A stretch of 64,000 bases of DNA, from NCBI GenBank assembly GCA_963796105.1, contig CAWCKJ010000007.1:32001-96000 (forward strand), written 5' to 3'. Position numbers and translations under genes: made by a program. The DNA is from a candidate division FCPU426 bacterium. Lineage in GTDB: Bacteria; Oederibacteriota; Muellerivitia; Muellerivitales; Muellerivitaceae. How positions within the stretch are numbered: position 1 is the first letter of the stretch; every line of letters begins with the position of its first letter. Positions 1-9,407 of this stretch are shown here, in pieces. The notes below the pieces were generated by a model that was not told the origin of the DNA, ran no database searches, and saw only the letters and a list, made by a program, of their open reading frames with translations.

Positions 1-481
1 CGATGATGACCGAGGGAAGAATGTTCTCAAATCGCCTTTCATTAACCACCACCATGGGAAACTTGTGGTGGGCAAGTTCGCGGATCAAGCTTTCCATCTG
101 AAGAGGCGGAAGGAATACCAAAAGACCTTCCACCACCGACGGCTCGGTCAAGGTTTGGATAATCTCCCGTTCCGCAACGGTTCCATGAGTGAAGGTCACG
201 AGAATAAGAAGCTTCCCCTGGCGCCTGGCTTCCTCTTCAATGCCCATGATGACCGCAGTCACATAGGGGTTCAGGGCAGGAGTCAAGACCCCCAGGAAAC
301 CCGTCTTGCGGGAGTTGGACAAGGCCTGGGCAAAACGGTTGGGCCGGTACTTCATCATCCTAATAATAGCCTTTATTTTGCGCCCGGTTTCTTCCCTCAC
401 CGCCAACCCGTTCATGACCCGAGAGACCGTCGCCTCGGAGACACCCGCTTTCTGCGCGATTTGTTGGATTGTCACACCCAT
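1..481 (-). CDS. LacI-family transcriptional regulator (3' end runs off the window)
   Basis: Not in the ORF track. Manual translation of the minus strand from ATG 481 gives MGVTIQQIAQKAGVSEATVSRVMNG...YRPNRFAQAL, a classic LacI HTH plus hinge helix. GGAGG lies upstream. Confidence 0.9.
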   Translation of the reverse strand, partial: MGVTIQQIAQKAGVSEATVSRVMNGLAVREETGRKIKAIIRMMKYRPNRFAQALSNSRKTGFLGVLTPALNPYVTAVIMGIEEEARRQGKLLILVTFTHGTVAEREIIQTLTEPSVVEGLLVFLPPLQMESLIRELAHHKFPMVVVNERRFENILPSVII

Positions 482-606
482 TCATTCCCTCCAGGAAATG
501 CAACAAAATCAAACGTCAAAGGGTTTATCCACTGTTTCTCCGTATAAATGTGGTGGCACCCTTCACGGGAAAATAGAAACACGCAACCTCCAGGGATATC
601 TAATCG

Positions 607-3600
607 TTATTGCACCGCTAAATAATCCAGGTTGACGCACCCATTCCCCGGTTCCTTATGAAGGACTACGCTGTTTGCTCCCTTTTTCAGGTCCAAATTC
701 AATTCCAGGTTGCCCCAGGTTTCCCAATCCCCCAAGTCCTTGAACCTTAATTTGTCCAGGGATTTTCCGTTCACCAGAAGGGTCAAGGTTTGCTCGCTCC
801 CCATGCCGTTGGCGAAGCGGACGATGGCATGGTATTTCCCCGTCCTGGGAACGTTCACCGTAAAATCCGTTTTCTGGCCCAAACCCTGGTAATAACCCGC
901 CACGAAACCCTTGCCCAGGAAACCCTCGTGATCCGACGCCACTTCGGCCCCACCGGAGAGCACCGCTTCCTCGGCCTCATAAACCATTCCGGCGGGCCTC
1001 GGAACCGGGATAGGCCGGCCGGTCGTGGTGACCGGCCCTATGCCATCGGCTGGGCGGTCCAATGCCAAAACGAGAAGCATTTGGCGAGCCTTGGTATTTC
1101 CCGGATCAAGGAAAACATTGATCTTATGCACAGTTTGGATGAACCCGGCGTGGCCGCCGGTGGGCAAGGCAGCATAGACGACCCGGGCGGGGATGGGAGG
1201 AAGCACCAGTGTCTTTTCCCGCCACCCATTCAGGTGGATATAGATTCTCTTGCCTTCATGCGTGGAGTGCCCGTACTCACCGGGCAGGAACGGCCCGGGT
1301 TTCTCCCCGCCCTTCGGAACGACGGGCAAAGTGGACCGGGCCTTTAATTCCGGTACTAAAAACCAAGGGCCACCCTGGGCGTAGGACGTCACAGCATCCC
1401 CTCCCACGGAAATCCGATAGCGACTGGCTGTTTCCTCCAAACGAGCGCTGGATTTCGCGGGAGATTTTCCCAGTTCGTCGAAAACGGCCAAGCGGTTCTT
1501 GCCAACCTTCATCCAGCAGGAAGGCAGCCAGATACCGGGACAGCCCTTTAAAATTTCAGGATAACGCCCCAGGTTGTGGCCGTTGAGCCAAAGGCTTCCG
1601 CTGGAAAGCCCGTCGGTAGCGAAACGGTACACGAAACCCGTTTCCGGGAGCCGGTCCAAATGGAAGGTCGTGCGGTAAAAAGCGGGCATCCCCTCGGTTT
1701 CGGCGGTTGTCGACCACTTGAGGCTTGGACCGTCGGGGTCCGCACCTCCCCTCATTTTCCAACCCGTTAGGGTCACCGAGCCGTCGCCGGTCTCCACCGG
1801 CCCGGCCAGGCCCTTGCGTGCTGCCAGGAAATTCAGGTTGCCGGTATAGGGGTAAAACTTAGACCTTCCAGAATAAGCGGTAAAAATGGAAAGCGAATGG
1901 TCCCCAGGTGCGATGGTGACGGGCACCTCAAAGTTTTTTCCCATCGTCCCTGTGTCGTAATAGGCGGCCCACTTCCCATCCACGAAAAGGGAGGCCCGGT
2001 CTCCGATTCGCTTGAATTTCATCAGGCTGACTGGGCGGCTGTTGGAGACCCGGGTGGAATACCAGGCATAAGCCGAGGTATCTCCGTCTTGGCCCATGGC
2101 GGGCGGAGCCCCATCCGGCAAGGAGAACCAGGCTTTGGGATCAATGGGGGGAGTGGCCAGGGCCATCTCCCATTGGGACCATTGGACCTTTTCCGGGAAA
2201 GCGGAAGGGGCCGACGGCACCCGAACCTTTTTCGCCCCTTCTTCCCCGTAAAGGGACAATTCGGAAGGCGCGGCGCTGCCATAAGGATGGTCCACGGTGA
2301 ATTGTGGATCGCCGGAAGAACTCCAGTTGAATTCACCTAGATACGGGGTTCCCACGACGATTTGGCGGCCCACAGCGGCATCCACGAACCAGGTCTTGTC
2401 GGCGGTTTCCTTACTCATCACCAGGATCCGGATTTTTGCCGTTCCGAAATTAAGCGTTTCTTCACCCACTCCCTTTGACGGGAAAATAAAAGAAAGCGCG
2501 GTATTTGAACCGGAGTTGAGATGGAAACCCGCGTCTTGAATGGTCGCTCCGCTTCCGGCTTCCGCGCTTTCAAATCCGACCCTCCCGGATTCACCGGCTT
2601 TGCCGAAACAAACCAGGGTCGTCAGGTCCACTTGGGAGACCATCCCCAAGATCCGGGTATCCGCTTGGGCCAAGGTCACTCCCGAGGCAATGGGAACCTG
2701 AACAGCCAGTCCCGTGATTTCACCGGGAGCCATCTTGATTCTGGCGCCGTCCCTCAAGACCGCCGTAATCTCGGCGTTTCCGGGGTTGTCCAGGAATATC
2801 AGGGTTCCCCCCGGGCCTGTCCTGGCCGTCACCGAGACCCCTTGCGCGAAACCCTGGAAGTCGTCCGTCGCGTCATCGCTGTCAGCCAGGATGCCAGAGA
2901 AAGATCCGGCGAAATAGGCCAGGCGCTTAATACGGAAATAAAGCTCCCGTGTCTCCCCGGCCTGCCCGAGGAAGGTTCCGTAGTCGTAGCTGGACGCATT
3001 CTCGTCGTCGTTGAAGTAACCGAAATTGGTTCCGCCGTGGGCCATATAGAAGTTGAACCCGTTGCCGCCCCGGGCCAATATCTCCCACGGATGCCTTTCC
3101 CCGTTCTTAAGGTCCTCGCCGGTGTTCCCGTAACGGTCGAACCAGGTGGTCCAAAGCTCGGTGCACATCCAGGGGCTTATGCGAAGGAAGGAGCCCACCG
3201 GCGCTTCCGGGGCCGAGTCACCGCCATGGTGGAGGCCGCTGAAATACATCGGCACCTCCAGCCCGTTGCGGCACGCCTGACTAAGCAGGTGCCGAAAATA
3301 ACCACCGTCCATGTCCAGCCCCCAATGCCGCCCCTCATCCGTAGCCTGTTCGTTCTCCAATTGGATCAAGATGACGTTGCCGCCCCTGTGAATTTGCCGT
3401 TTGGCGATGATCGGGAGCATGCGATCGAACCAGGCGTCTACGCATTTCAAATACGGACGGTTGTACTTGCGGACCTCCAAGCCGGGCTTAAAGATCAACC
3501 AGGTCGGGAACCCTCCGTTTTCCCATTCGGCGCAGCAATAAGGCCCCACGCGGACAATGGCCCAAAGCCCGACGTCCTTGGCCGTGTCGAGGAAGGCCCC

Positions 3601-3951
3601 CAAATCCCGGCTCTCAGTGGTGAAGTCGAACCGGCAGTCTTGTGCCTCGTGGTAGTTCCAAAAAACGTAAGTCTCGACCGAATTGAAGCCCGCGCGTTTG
3701 AGCTTGAGCAGGATGTCGCGCCAGTTTTCCCTCGGCACCCTCGCGTAATGCACGCTGCCCGAGAGGAGAAAAGTGCGCTTTCCGTTGATGACAAAGCCCC
3801 GGCCATCGAAACGGATGGCGCGGGCCGCCGCCGAGGCTGGCGGCAGGATGTCGTCATTGGGGTGATAACTCCAATAGCCGGACCATCCGGCCATCGGCAG
3901 GAGCGCGGTAACAACCAGTGGCAGGAATAACTTTACACATCTTTTTTTCAT
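607..3951 (-). CDS. Secreted GH35 beta-galactosidase with C-terminal fucosidase-C-like domain and CBM35/CBM6-like module
   Basis: Motifs SGSVHYAR, ETYVFWNYHE, RVGPYCCAEWENGGFP, IQLENE (acid/base), YMAHGGTNFG and SYDY. Signal peptide from MKKRC. C-terminal YEAE...NLDYL module. Confidence 0.9.
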   Translation of the reverse strand: MKKRCVKLFLPLVVTALLPMAGWSGYWSYHPNDDILPPASAAARAIRFDGRGFVINGKRTFLLSGSVHYARVPRENWRDILLKLKRAGFNSVETYVFWNYHEAQDCRFDFTTESRDLGAFLDTAKDVGLWAIVRVGPYCCAEWENGGFPTWLIFKPGLEVRKYNRPYLKCVDAWFDRMLPIIAKRQIHRGGNVILIQLENEQATDEGRHWGLDMDGGYFRHLLSQACRNGLEVPMYFSGLHHGGDSAPEAPVGSFLRISPWMCTELWTTWFDRYGNTGEDLKNGERHPWEILARGGNGFNFYMAHGGTNFGYFNDDENASSYDYGTFLGQAGETRELYFRIKRLAYFAGSFSGILADSDDATDDFQGFAQGVSVTARTGPGGTLIFLDNPGNAEITAVLRDGARIKMAPGEITGLAVQVPIASGVTLAQADTRILGMVSQVDLTTLVCFGKAGESGRVGFESAEAGSGATIQDAGFHLNSGSNTALSFIFPSKGVGEETLNFGTAKIRILVMSKETADKTWFVDAAVGRQIVVGTPYLGEFNWSSSGDPQFTVDHPYGSAAPSELSLYGEEGAKKVRVPSAPSAFPEKVQWSQWEMALATPPIDPKAWFSLPDGAPPAMGQDGDTSAYAWYSTRVSNSRPVSLMKFKRIGDRASLFVDGKWAAYYDTGTMGKNFEVPVTIAPGDHSLSIFTAYSGRSKFYPYTGNLNFLAARKGLAGPVETGDGSVTLTGWKMRGGADPDGPSLKWSTTAETEGMPAFYRTTFHLDRLPETGFVYRFATDGLSSGSLWLNGHNLGRYPEILKGCPGIWLPSCWMKVGKNRLAVFDELGKSPAKSSARLEETASRYRISVGGDAVTSYAQGGPWFLVPELKARSTLPVVPKGGEKPGPFLPGEYGHSTHEGKRIYIHLNGWREKTLVLPPIPARVVYAALPTGGHAGFIQTVHKINVFLDPGNTKARQMLLVLALDRPADGIGPVTTTGRPIPVPRPAGMVYEAEEAVLSGGAEVASDHEGFLGKGFVAGYYQGLGQKTDFTVNVPRTGKYHAIVRFANGMGSEQTLTLLVNGKSLDKLRFKDLGDWETWGNLELNLDLKKGANSVVLHKEPGNGCVNLDYLAVQ

Positions 3952-3982
3952 CCGGTTGATCCCCAATGAATCTTCTGCCTGG

Positions 3983-6133
3983 TTACTGGACCGTCAAATA
4001 ATCCAGGTTGACGCACCCGTCTCCCTCTTCCTTACGCAACGAGACGGTGTCGACCCCCTGTTTCAAATTAAGTTCAAAGTCCAATTCGGCCCAGGTTTCC
4101 CAATCCGTCAGGTTCCGGAAACGCAGCCGTTTCACTTGCTTGCCGTTGACGTAGAGACTTAAAGTCTGTTCTCCCCCCATGGCATTGGAGAATCGGAGGG
4201 TGGCCTTGTGCACCCCGCCCTTTTCCACCTTCACCCTGAACTCTGTATTTTGGCCCAAGCCCTGGTAATAACCTGCCACAAAGCCCTTGCCCGAATAGCC
4301 GTCGTGATCCATGGCGAGAGCGGCTCCCCCGGTTAAAACCGCATCCTCGGCCTCGTAGACGGTACCGATGGTTTTGGGAAGGGACCAATCATGTTCCGGG
4401 ATCAGCGGCTCCTGAAAGGGCGTCGGCGACAAGTGCTTCCCGGTGATTTTGAGGGTGAGGGTGTAGTCCGAAACGTGTTTTGCCGGGAGCGCAACCCGAA
4501 GGCCTTCCGAGTCCTGTTTCCAGTCAAGCTTGCCTTCATAGCCCAGCAATTCCACATTTTGGAGCCTATTTTGGTTCTTACCCGAAACCTTCGCCAAAGA
4601 CCGGACGAGGACTTTCCTGTCCTGGGGCCAGGCCAGCACCGTGGCGTAGAGAACGCCATCCTTGGTGGTGAAACGGATATCCGAGGGCTTGAAACGGATG
4701 GCCCGTTCGATGTTCATGCCCGCCCGGGCCTTGTTGGGGCCCTCCCCGAAAACCTTCCAGGGCCGGGTGCCGAATATGCTCTCCTGGTTGACCTTCATCC
4801 ACCGGGCCATTCCCTTGAGGAACTCGACCTCGTCGGGGTCTAGCGTGCCGTCGCCCTTCACCGGCACGGAAAGCAGCAGGTTTCCGTTCTTGGACACGAT
4901 GTCCAACAGCATATGCACGACCTGGTCCACGGTTTTATACTTATGTTTCTCGAACACGCCCCGGTCGTAGTGCCAGTTCCCGATGCACGTGTCCGTCTGC
5001 CAGGGAAGGGTCTGGATGCCGCCCGCACCGCCGCGCTCGTTGTCCTGCACCACTGCGGGGAGGTGTTCCGTCTGCACCCGCTTGCATGTCAGGACGGCTT
5101 CCAGCTTTCCCCCGTGGTTGGCCATATTGGAGTTGTAATAGTCCGCGGCGATATCCAAACCCGCCTTCCCCAAGGGAAGTTCCGTGTCGTCGAGATAGAA
5201 GAGATCCGGATGGTATTTTTCCACGAGCTCCTGGGCCCGGAGGTACCACTTGTCCGTGTAATAGGAATCATGGGGCGGCGGCGGTACGTTCCCGTCAATG
5301 AAGTGTTGCGTGTGCCATGCCTCCATGTCCTGGTTGTTCTTGATTGAGTTAGGCGGCACGAAAAAGGGGCCCCCGTACAGCTCCTGCGGGTCCAGCCCTT
5401 CCCACCACTTCCCCTTGCCGTCCGCCTGGGTCAGCCAACCATCGTACCGGATGCCGGCCTTGGGCCCCGTTGGGTCGTAGCCGTAGGCGGACTGGAACCA
5501 GAACCAGGTGCGCGAGGAATGGTTGGAAACGCCGAAACGCAACCCGGCCGCGCGGGCCGTCTTTTCCCAGGTGCCCACGATGTCCTTGTGGGGGCCAATG
5601 TGAACCGAGTTCCATTCCTGGTAGGTCGAATCATAGCAGTCGAAATTATCGTGGTGGTTGGCGAGGGCCACGAAATACTTGGCACCGGCATCTTTATAGA
5701 GGGCCATAAGTTTCTCCGGGTCCCAATGCTCGGCATGCCAGATGTTGTCGATATCCTTGAAACCGAATTCGGAAGGGTGCCCGTAGCGCTTTAAATGGTC
5801 GTTGTAATGGTAATTACCCGGGATGTACATTTGCCGCGCGTACCAATCCCCTTGCTCGGGCTGGCACTGGGCGCTCCAATGGGCCCAAATTCCGAACTTA
5901 GCATCCCGGAACCAAACCGGGCACTTGTAATTTTTTACCAGAGAACCCCAGTTCGGCTCAAAAAGACCGGAAACGGCTGTTCGTTTCGGCAGGGGCTTGG
6001 ATGGTGCCTTGGGCATGGCACGGCCTTTGGCATCGGTAATTTGGACATCCGTTCCCCCTGAGATCCTTGACGCCAGCATTACGGCGGCCAACCCTAGGCA
6101 GAACTTGAATTTCCATTTATAGGGATTTTTCAT
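3983..6133 (-). CDS. Secreted GH29 alpha-L-fucosidase with C-terminal CBM35/CBM6-like module
   Basis: Motifs WFRDAKFGIWAHW, GAKYFVALANHHDNF, PDLFYLD (nucleophile), DIVSKNGNLLL and SIFGTRPW. C-terminal YEAE...NLDYL module. Confidence 0.93.
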   Translation of the reverse strand: MKNPYKWKFKFCLGLAAVMLASRISGGTDVQITDAKGRAMPKAPSKPLPKRTAVSGLFEPNWGSLVKNYKCPVWFRDAKFGIWAHWSAQCQPEQGDWYARQMYIPGNYHYNDHLKRYGHPSEFGFKDIDNIWHAEHWDPEKLMALYKDAGAKYFVALANHHDNFDCYDSTYQEWNSVHIGPHKDIVGTWEKTARAAGLRFGVSNHSSRTWFWFQSAYGYDPTGPKAGIRYDGWLTQADGKGKWWEGLDPQELYGGPFFVPPNSIKNNQDMEAWHTQHFIDGNVPPPPHDSYYTDKWYLRAQELVEKYHPDLFYLDDTELPLGKAGLDIAADYYNSNMANHGGKLEAVLTCKRVQTEHLPAVVQDNERGGAGGIQTLPWQTDTCIGNWHYDRGVFEKHKYKTVDQVVHMLLDIVSKNGNLLLSVPVKGDGTLDPDEVEFLKGMARWMKVNQESIFGTRPWKVFGEGPNKARAGMNIERAIRFKPSDIRFTTKDGVLYATVLAWPQDRKVLVRSLAKVSGKNQNRLQNVELLGYEGKLDWKQDSEGLRVALPAKHVSDYTLTLKITGKHLSPTPFQEPLIPEHDWSLPKTIGTVYEAEDAVLTGGAALAMDHDGYSGKGFVAGYYQGLGQNTEFRVKVEKGGVHKATLRFSNAMGGEQTLSLYVNGKQVKRLRFRNLTDWETWAELDFELNLKQGVDTVSLRKEEGDGCVNLDYLTVQ

Positions 6134-6253
6134 GCCTTAAATTCCCCTTTTGATTCCTTCCGAGATATTGCTTCAGCCTTTGAAGCCGATTTTCCCGCGA
6201 AGGGTGCGATTGATTTCCGCGGATTTTTCAATCGTTTCGCCCTGAAATATGAA

Positions 6254-8827
6254 TCATTGGGCGACCACCAATTCCGCCGAAAAAGCGGGAACAAGGATTT
6301 TAAGTTCCGTCCCTGAAATACTTTGAGGGCCCGAATCCACTAACCGTTTTCCGGAACTCTCGGAGATGGTGTAGGTGTTGTATGAAGTGACGGAGTCTGG
6401 AAGGGCAATGGTGGTATTGATGGACGTATCATGATTCTTGTTGACCAAAACCACGAAAGTCTTGGTGGCGTCTTTGGCGCCGAAGGAATAAAGGTCCGGC
6501 GAGGAACTGGTGGCGCCCACGGTATTCCCATCCACCTTGGACCCCTTGCCGTCGTAGTTTCCGAAAAGACGGTGGGCGAGAAACAGGAAATTGTCCGGTT
6601 GTGCCCCACTCCAATCGCAGGCAATGTCCACCCCTTCCCGCATGAAGATGCCGAGTTTGACGGTTTCCAGCAGGCCCCCATGGTATTGGTGCTGAGCGGC
6701 GGGATAGTATTCGGTTATGGAATACTTGGTACCGGGATAATTCTCCGCGATGATCTTTTTCATCTTGGGGATCATCCCCACGAAGGGGTCCCACAGGTAA
6801 GGTTTGTTGCCCGGGTTCGCGCACCAGCTGTAGGGATCCTCGAGGGTCGGGTCCCACCAAACCCTCAGGGCCTCGAACTGCTTGGGCGTGACCACTGGAT
6901 CGTAGGGATAGTCCCCCGACATGCTGATCGTGCTGCCTTTGCCGTCGGTATCCCAAACATCGGGGCAGCCGTGGTTGTCCAGGAAGTCGATGAGCCGAAT
7001 GCCCGCCTTGTCCGAGAGCTTCTTCATTTGTCTCAGGTAATAAACCACCTGCGGAAGATCCCCGTGGGCCTTGCGGTCGGTCCACATTTCATGGCCCTTT
7101 TTCGCGCTGTCATCCAACTCAAATTCCTTGACGCCACCGGGCATGTAGTCCCAGTTCGAGCCGGCCAGTTCCATGACCCCCCAGCCGCTCCAGCCGATCA
7201 CTTGGGCGCTCGGGTCCGCCTCTTTCACGGCGTGGGCGTACTTGGTGTTCAGGTCCACGAGATCGTCGTAGCCGACGCCCTTGGGCCAAACGTCGCGGTG
7301 GTTGGCTACCCAACATCCAGGCTCATTGTCCATCTGGTAGAACTTCACCCCACCCTGGGAGGCCGGCCCGAAGAGCTTCACGATTGTTTGGACCCATTCC
7401 TTCTGGTATTCCGGGGTGGAAGGCACGTAGTTGAAGTGGGGGTCGTTGTCCATGATGTGCTTGTCCCCGGGCAATATGCCGTTGCCCGCGCCCTGCCCGT
7501 CGGTGGCCGTTTGGTTGGGATATTTGGAAGTCGGGAAGGAACAAAGTCTCGGCCCGTCTTTGTTTGTCGGTTTGGCCACCCAGCCGGTGGTGGGTATGGT
7601 GATGATGGCCTGGCAGCCGGCCGAAAAAGCCTCTGCGATGAACTTGGCGTAACCCTTGTCCTTTTCCTGGCCGCTCGCCGGAGGGCCGCCTGAGTTCAGG
7701 AAAAACCAGTCACCACCCCGGTTATCCGAGTCCTCTTTCCAGTTGTAGTTGGAGGTGGCGTTCCCTCCCCAGCGATTCAAGGTACCGCCCAATTGTTTCA
7801 GCTTTTCCCTGTCCTGGTAGTTGTAGCCCCAGAGGTAGGGCGAGATGGGATGGCCAAGCTCGGCTGCGAGAGAAACCGAGGCGGACTTGATCGAAACCGG
7901 GGCGACAGTCACGGTTACCGACTCGTAGGATGAAGTCTGTTTCTCGTTTTGCGCGGCCACGCCCACGACGTGCGGGCCCGCGCCCGGCAGTAAGGCGGAC
8001 TCGAGCTTCACCTGCCGTTTGTCAGCTCCTTTCACCTGGCCGGTCGCCTTCCCGTCGATGGTCACCAGGTATCGCTGGATGCCCTCGTCGCTGGCCTTGT
8101 CCCACATGAGCATTACCCCGCCTGGCGCCCGATACCACCCGAGGTTTTCCACCGGCGTGACCAGCGCGGTGTCGGTCACGTAAATTTTGTCGAAATGCAT
8201 GTAAACGGGCTTGTTCTCGGGGTAATCCCCTGACAAGTTGAGATTAAGAGTTTTCATCTTGTCCTTGGTCATTTTGGAATAATTCGGGAAGGAAGCAAAG
8301 GGAATGACCACCCGCGTCCATGTTTCGCCGATTTTCTTGCCATCGGCGTAGTTGCTAAGTTTGACCGAGCCGGAATCAACATCGCCGGTAAGCGCCGCCT
8401 CGAAATCCGCACCCGGAAAATTGGTCTTGGCGTAAAGCACGAGGTTTTTGGCCTGGGAAAAATCCTGGTTTGACCAGGAATTGTTGAAGGCAACACCGCC
8501 ACCTGCCCACTTCTTATCCCAATGCTTGTTGTCGCCGTCGGTAACCCAAGTGAACTCAAAGGAAAGGCAGTTGTCGTTGTTGGCCTCGCTGTCGAAAATG
8601 ACCCAATTCGAATAACCGCTTTGGATCTTGGATTCCATCTTCTCCTTGCAGGGGTCGGGCCGCAAAAGAAATTTGTGTTGGTCGCCCAAACAAACGATGC
8701 TTACGCCCCCTTTCCCGTCCTTGCCCGAAGAGTCGGCCCAGCAAGGGCCGTAAAAGGTGATGTCCTCGTCGCTCCAGGCGGCTGTGGATATGCATGCAAG
8801 AAAAATAATAAAAGAGATCTTTCGCAT
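6254..8827 (-). CDS. Secreted GH44 endoglucanase/xyloglucanase with N-terminal CBM-like and Fn3-like domains
   Basis: Motifs ISPYLWGYN, RWGGNATSNYNW, MDNEP (acid/base), HRDV, YPGTKYSITEY (nucleophile) and NYDGKGS. Signal peptide present. Confidence 0.88.
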   Translation of the reverse strand: MRKISFIIFLACISTAAWSDEDITFYGPCWADSSGKDGKGGVSIVCLGDQHKFLLRPDPCKEKMESKIQSGYSNWVIFDSEANNDNCLSFEFTWVTDGDNKHWDKKWAGGGVAFNNSWSNQDFSQAKNLVLYAKTNFPGADFEAALTGDVDSGSVKLSNYADGKKIGETWTRVVIPFASFPNYSKMTKDKMKTLNLNLSGDYPENKPVYMHFDKIYVTDTALVTPVENLGWYRAPGGVMLMWDKASDEGIQRYLVTIDGKATGQVKGADKRQVKLESALLPGAGPHVVGVAAQNEKQTSSYESVTVTVAPVSIKSASVSLAAELGHPISPYLWGYNYQDREKLKQLGGTLNRWGGNATSNYNWKEDSDNRGGDWFFLNSGGPPASGQEKDKGYAKFIAEAFSAGCQAIITIPTTGWVAKPTNKDGPRLCSFPTSKYPNQTATDGQGAGNGILPGDKHIMDNDPHFNYVPSTPEYQKEWVQTIVKLFGPASQGGVKFYQMDNEPGCWVANHRDVWPKGVGYDDLVDLNTKYAHAVKEADPSAQVIGWSGWGVMELAGSNWDYMPGGVKEFELDDSAKKGHEMWTDRKAHGDLPQVVYYLRQMKKLSDKAGIRLIDFLDNHGCPDVWDTDGKGSTISMSGDYPYDPVVTPKQFEALRVWWDPTLEDPYSWCANPGNKPYLWDPFVGMIPKMKKIIAENYPGTKYSITEYYPAAQHQYHGGLLETVKLGIFMREGVDIACDWSGAQPDNFLFLAHRLFGNYDGKGSKVDGNTVGATSSSPDLYSFGAKDATKTFVVLVNKNHDTSINTTIALPDSVTSYNTYTISESSGKRLVDSGPQSISGTELKILVPAFSAELVVAQ

Positions 8828-9363
8828 TAGTGCTCCTTGGATTTTTTCACCACTCCAAAATGTAACAGATATTTCTCTGGCCGCTTAGGAATGTTTGGCA
8901 CAATTGCTGTAGTTGATATTTATCCTCTGCCGCATAAACCATCGTAACGTTCCTGGAATCGGAGACGGTACTCACATCCTCGAAATAATCGACTTGGCCG
9001 TCACCAGTCATATCAATCAAGTGTATAAACCGTCTGCCGTCTAATGGAACTTTTCAAACGATTAAAACCGCCAATTTCAATGCGCACGTAAAGGGGCTTG
9101 GATAAACTGGTATGACATCGACCCCTTAACGAAACCGCTACTCATAATGACCTCGTTGCTCAAGGTGTCGGCTTGTACTGAATCCGAGGAGATAAGGCCG
9201 GAAAAAATCTATGCTATGCGAGAAAGACCCTGAAATTAAATCCAGTGATAGAACATGGAAATTTAATACATACATGATTGAGTAATCACATATATCCCCC
9301 CCGAGTTGTCAGCGAAGAAAAGATGGAATGTTTTCAAAGAAGATACTCGAAAAATAAATGTTT

Positions 9364-9406
9364 TAATTTATAAAATAAAAATATTTAATTTATATTTATT
9401 AAACGG
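9364..9406 (-). promoter_or_regulatory. Candidate shared operator/promoter motif, copy 1 (upstream of the GH44-GH29-GH35 arm)
   Basis: Minus-strand CCGTTTAATAAATAT...TTTTATAAATTA matches 11547..11589 (+) at 36/43 positions without gaps (manual alignment). Confidence 0.45.
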
Positions 9407-9407
9407 T

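Noticed and set aside
65..635. Plus-strand ORFs 65..547 and 306..635
   Set aside because: They are antisense shadows of the minus-strand LacI gene.
8830..9360. 530-bp gap upstream of GH44, possible decayed gene or leader RNA
   Set aside because: An RBS-like GGGGGA-ATG is followed at once by TGA; no sustained frame or recognisable riboswitch.
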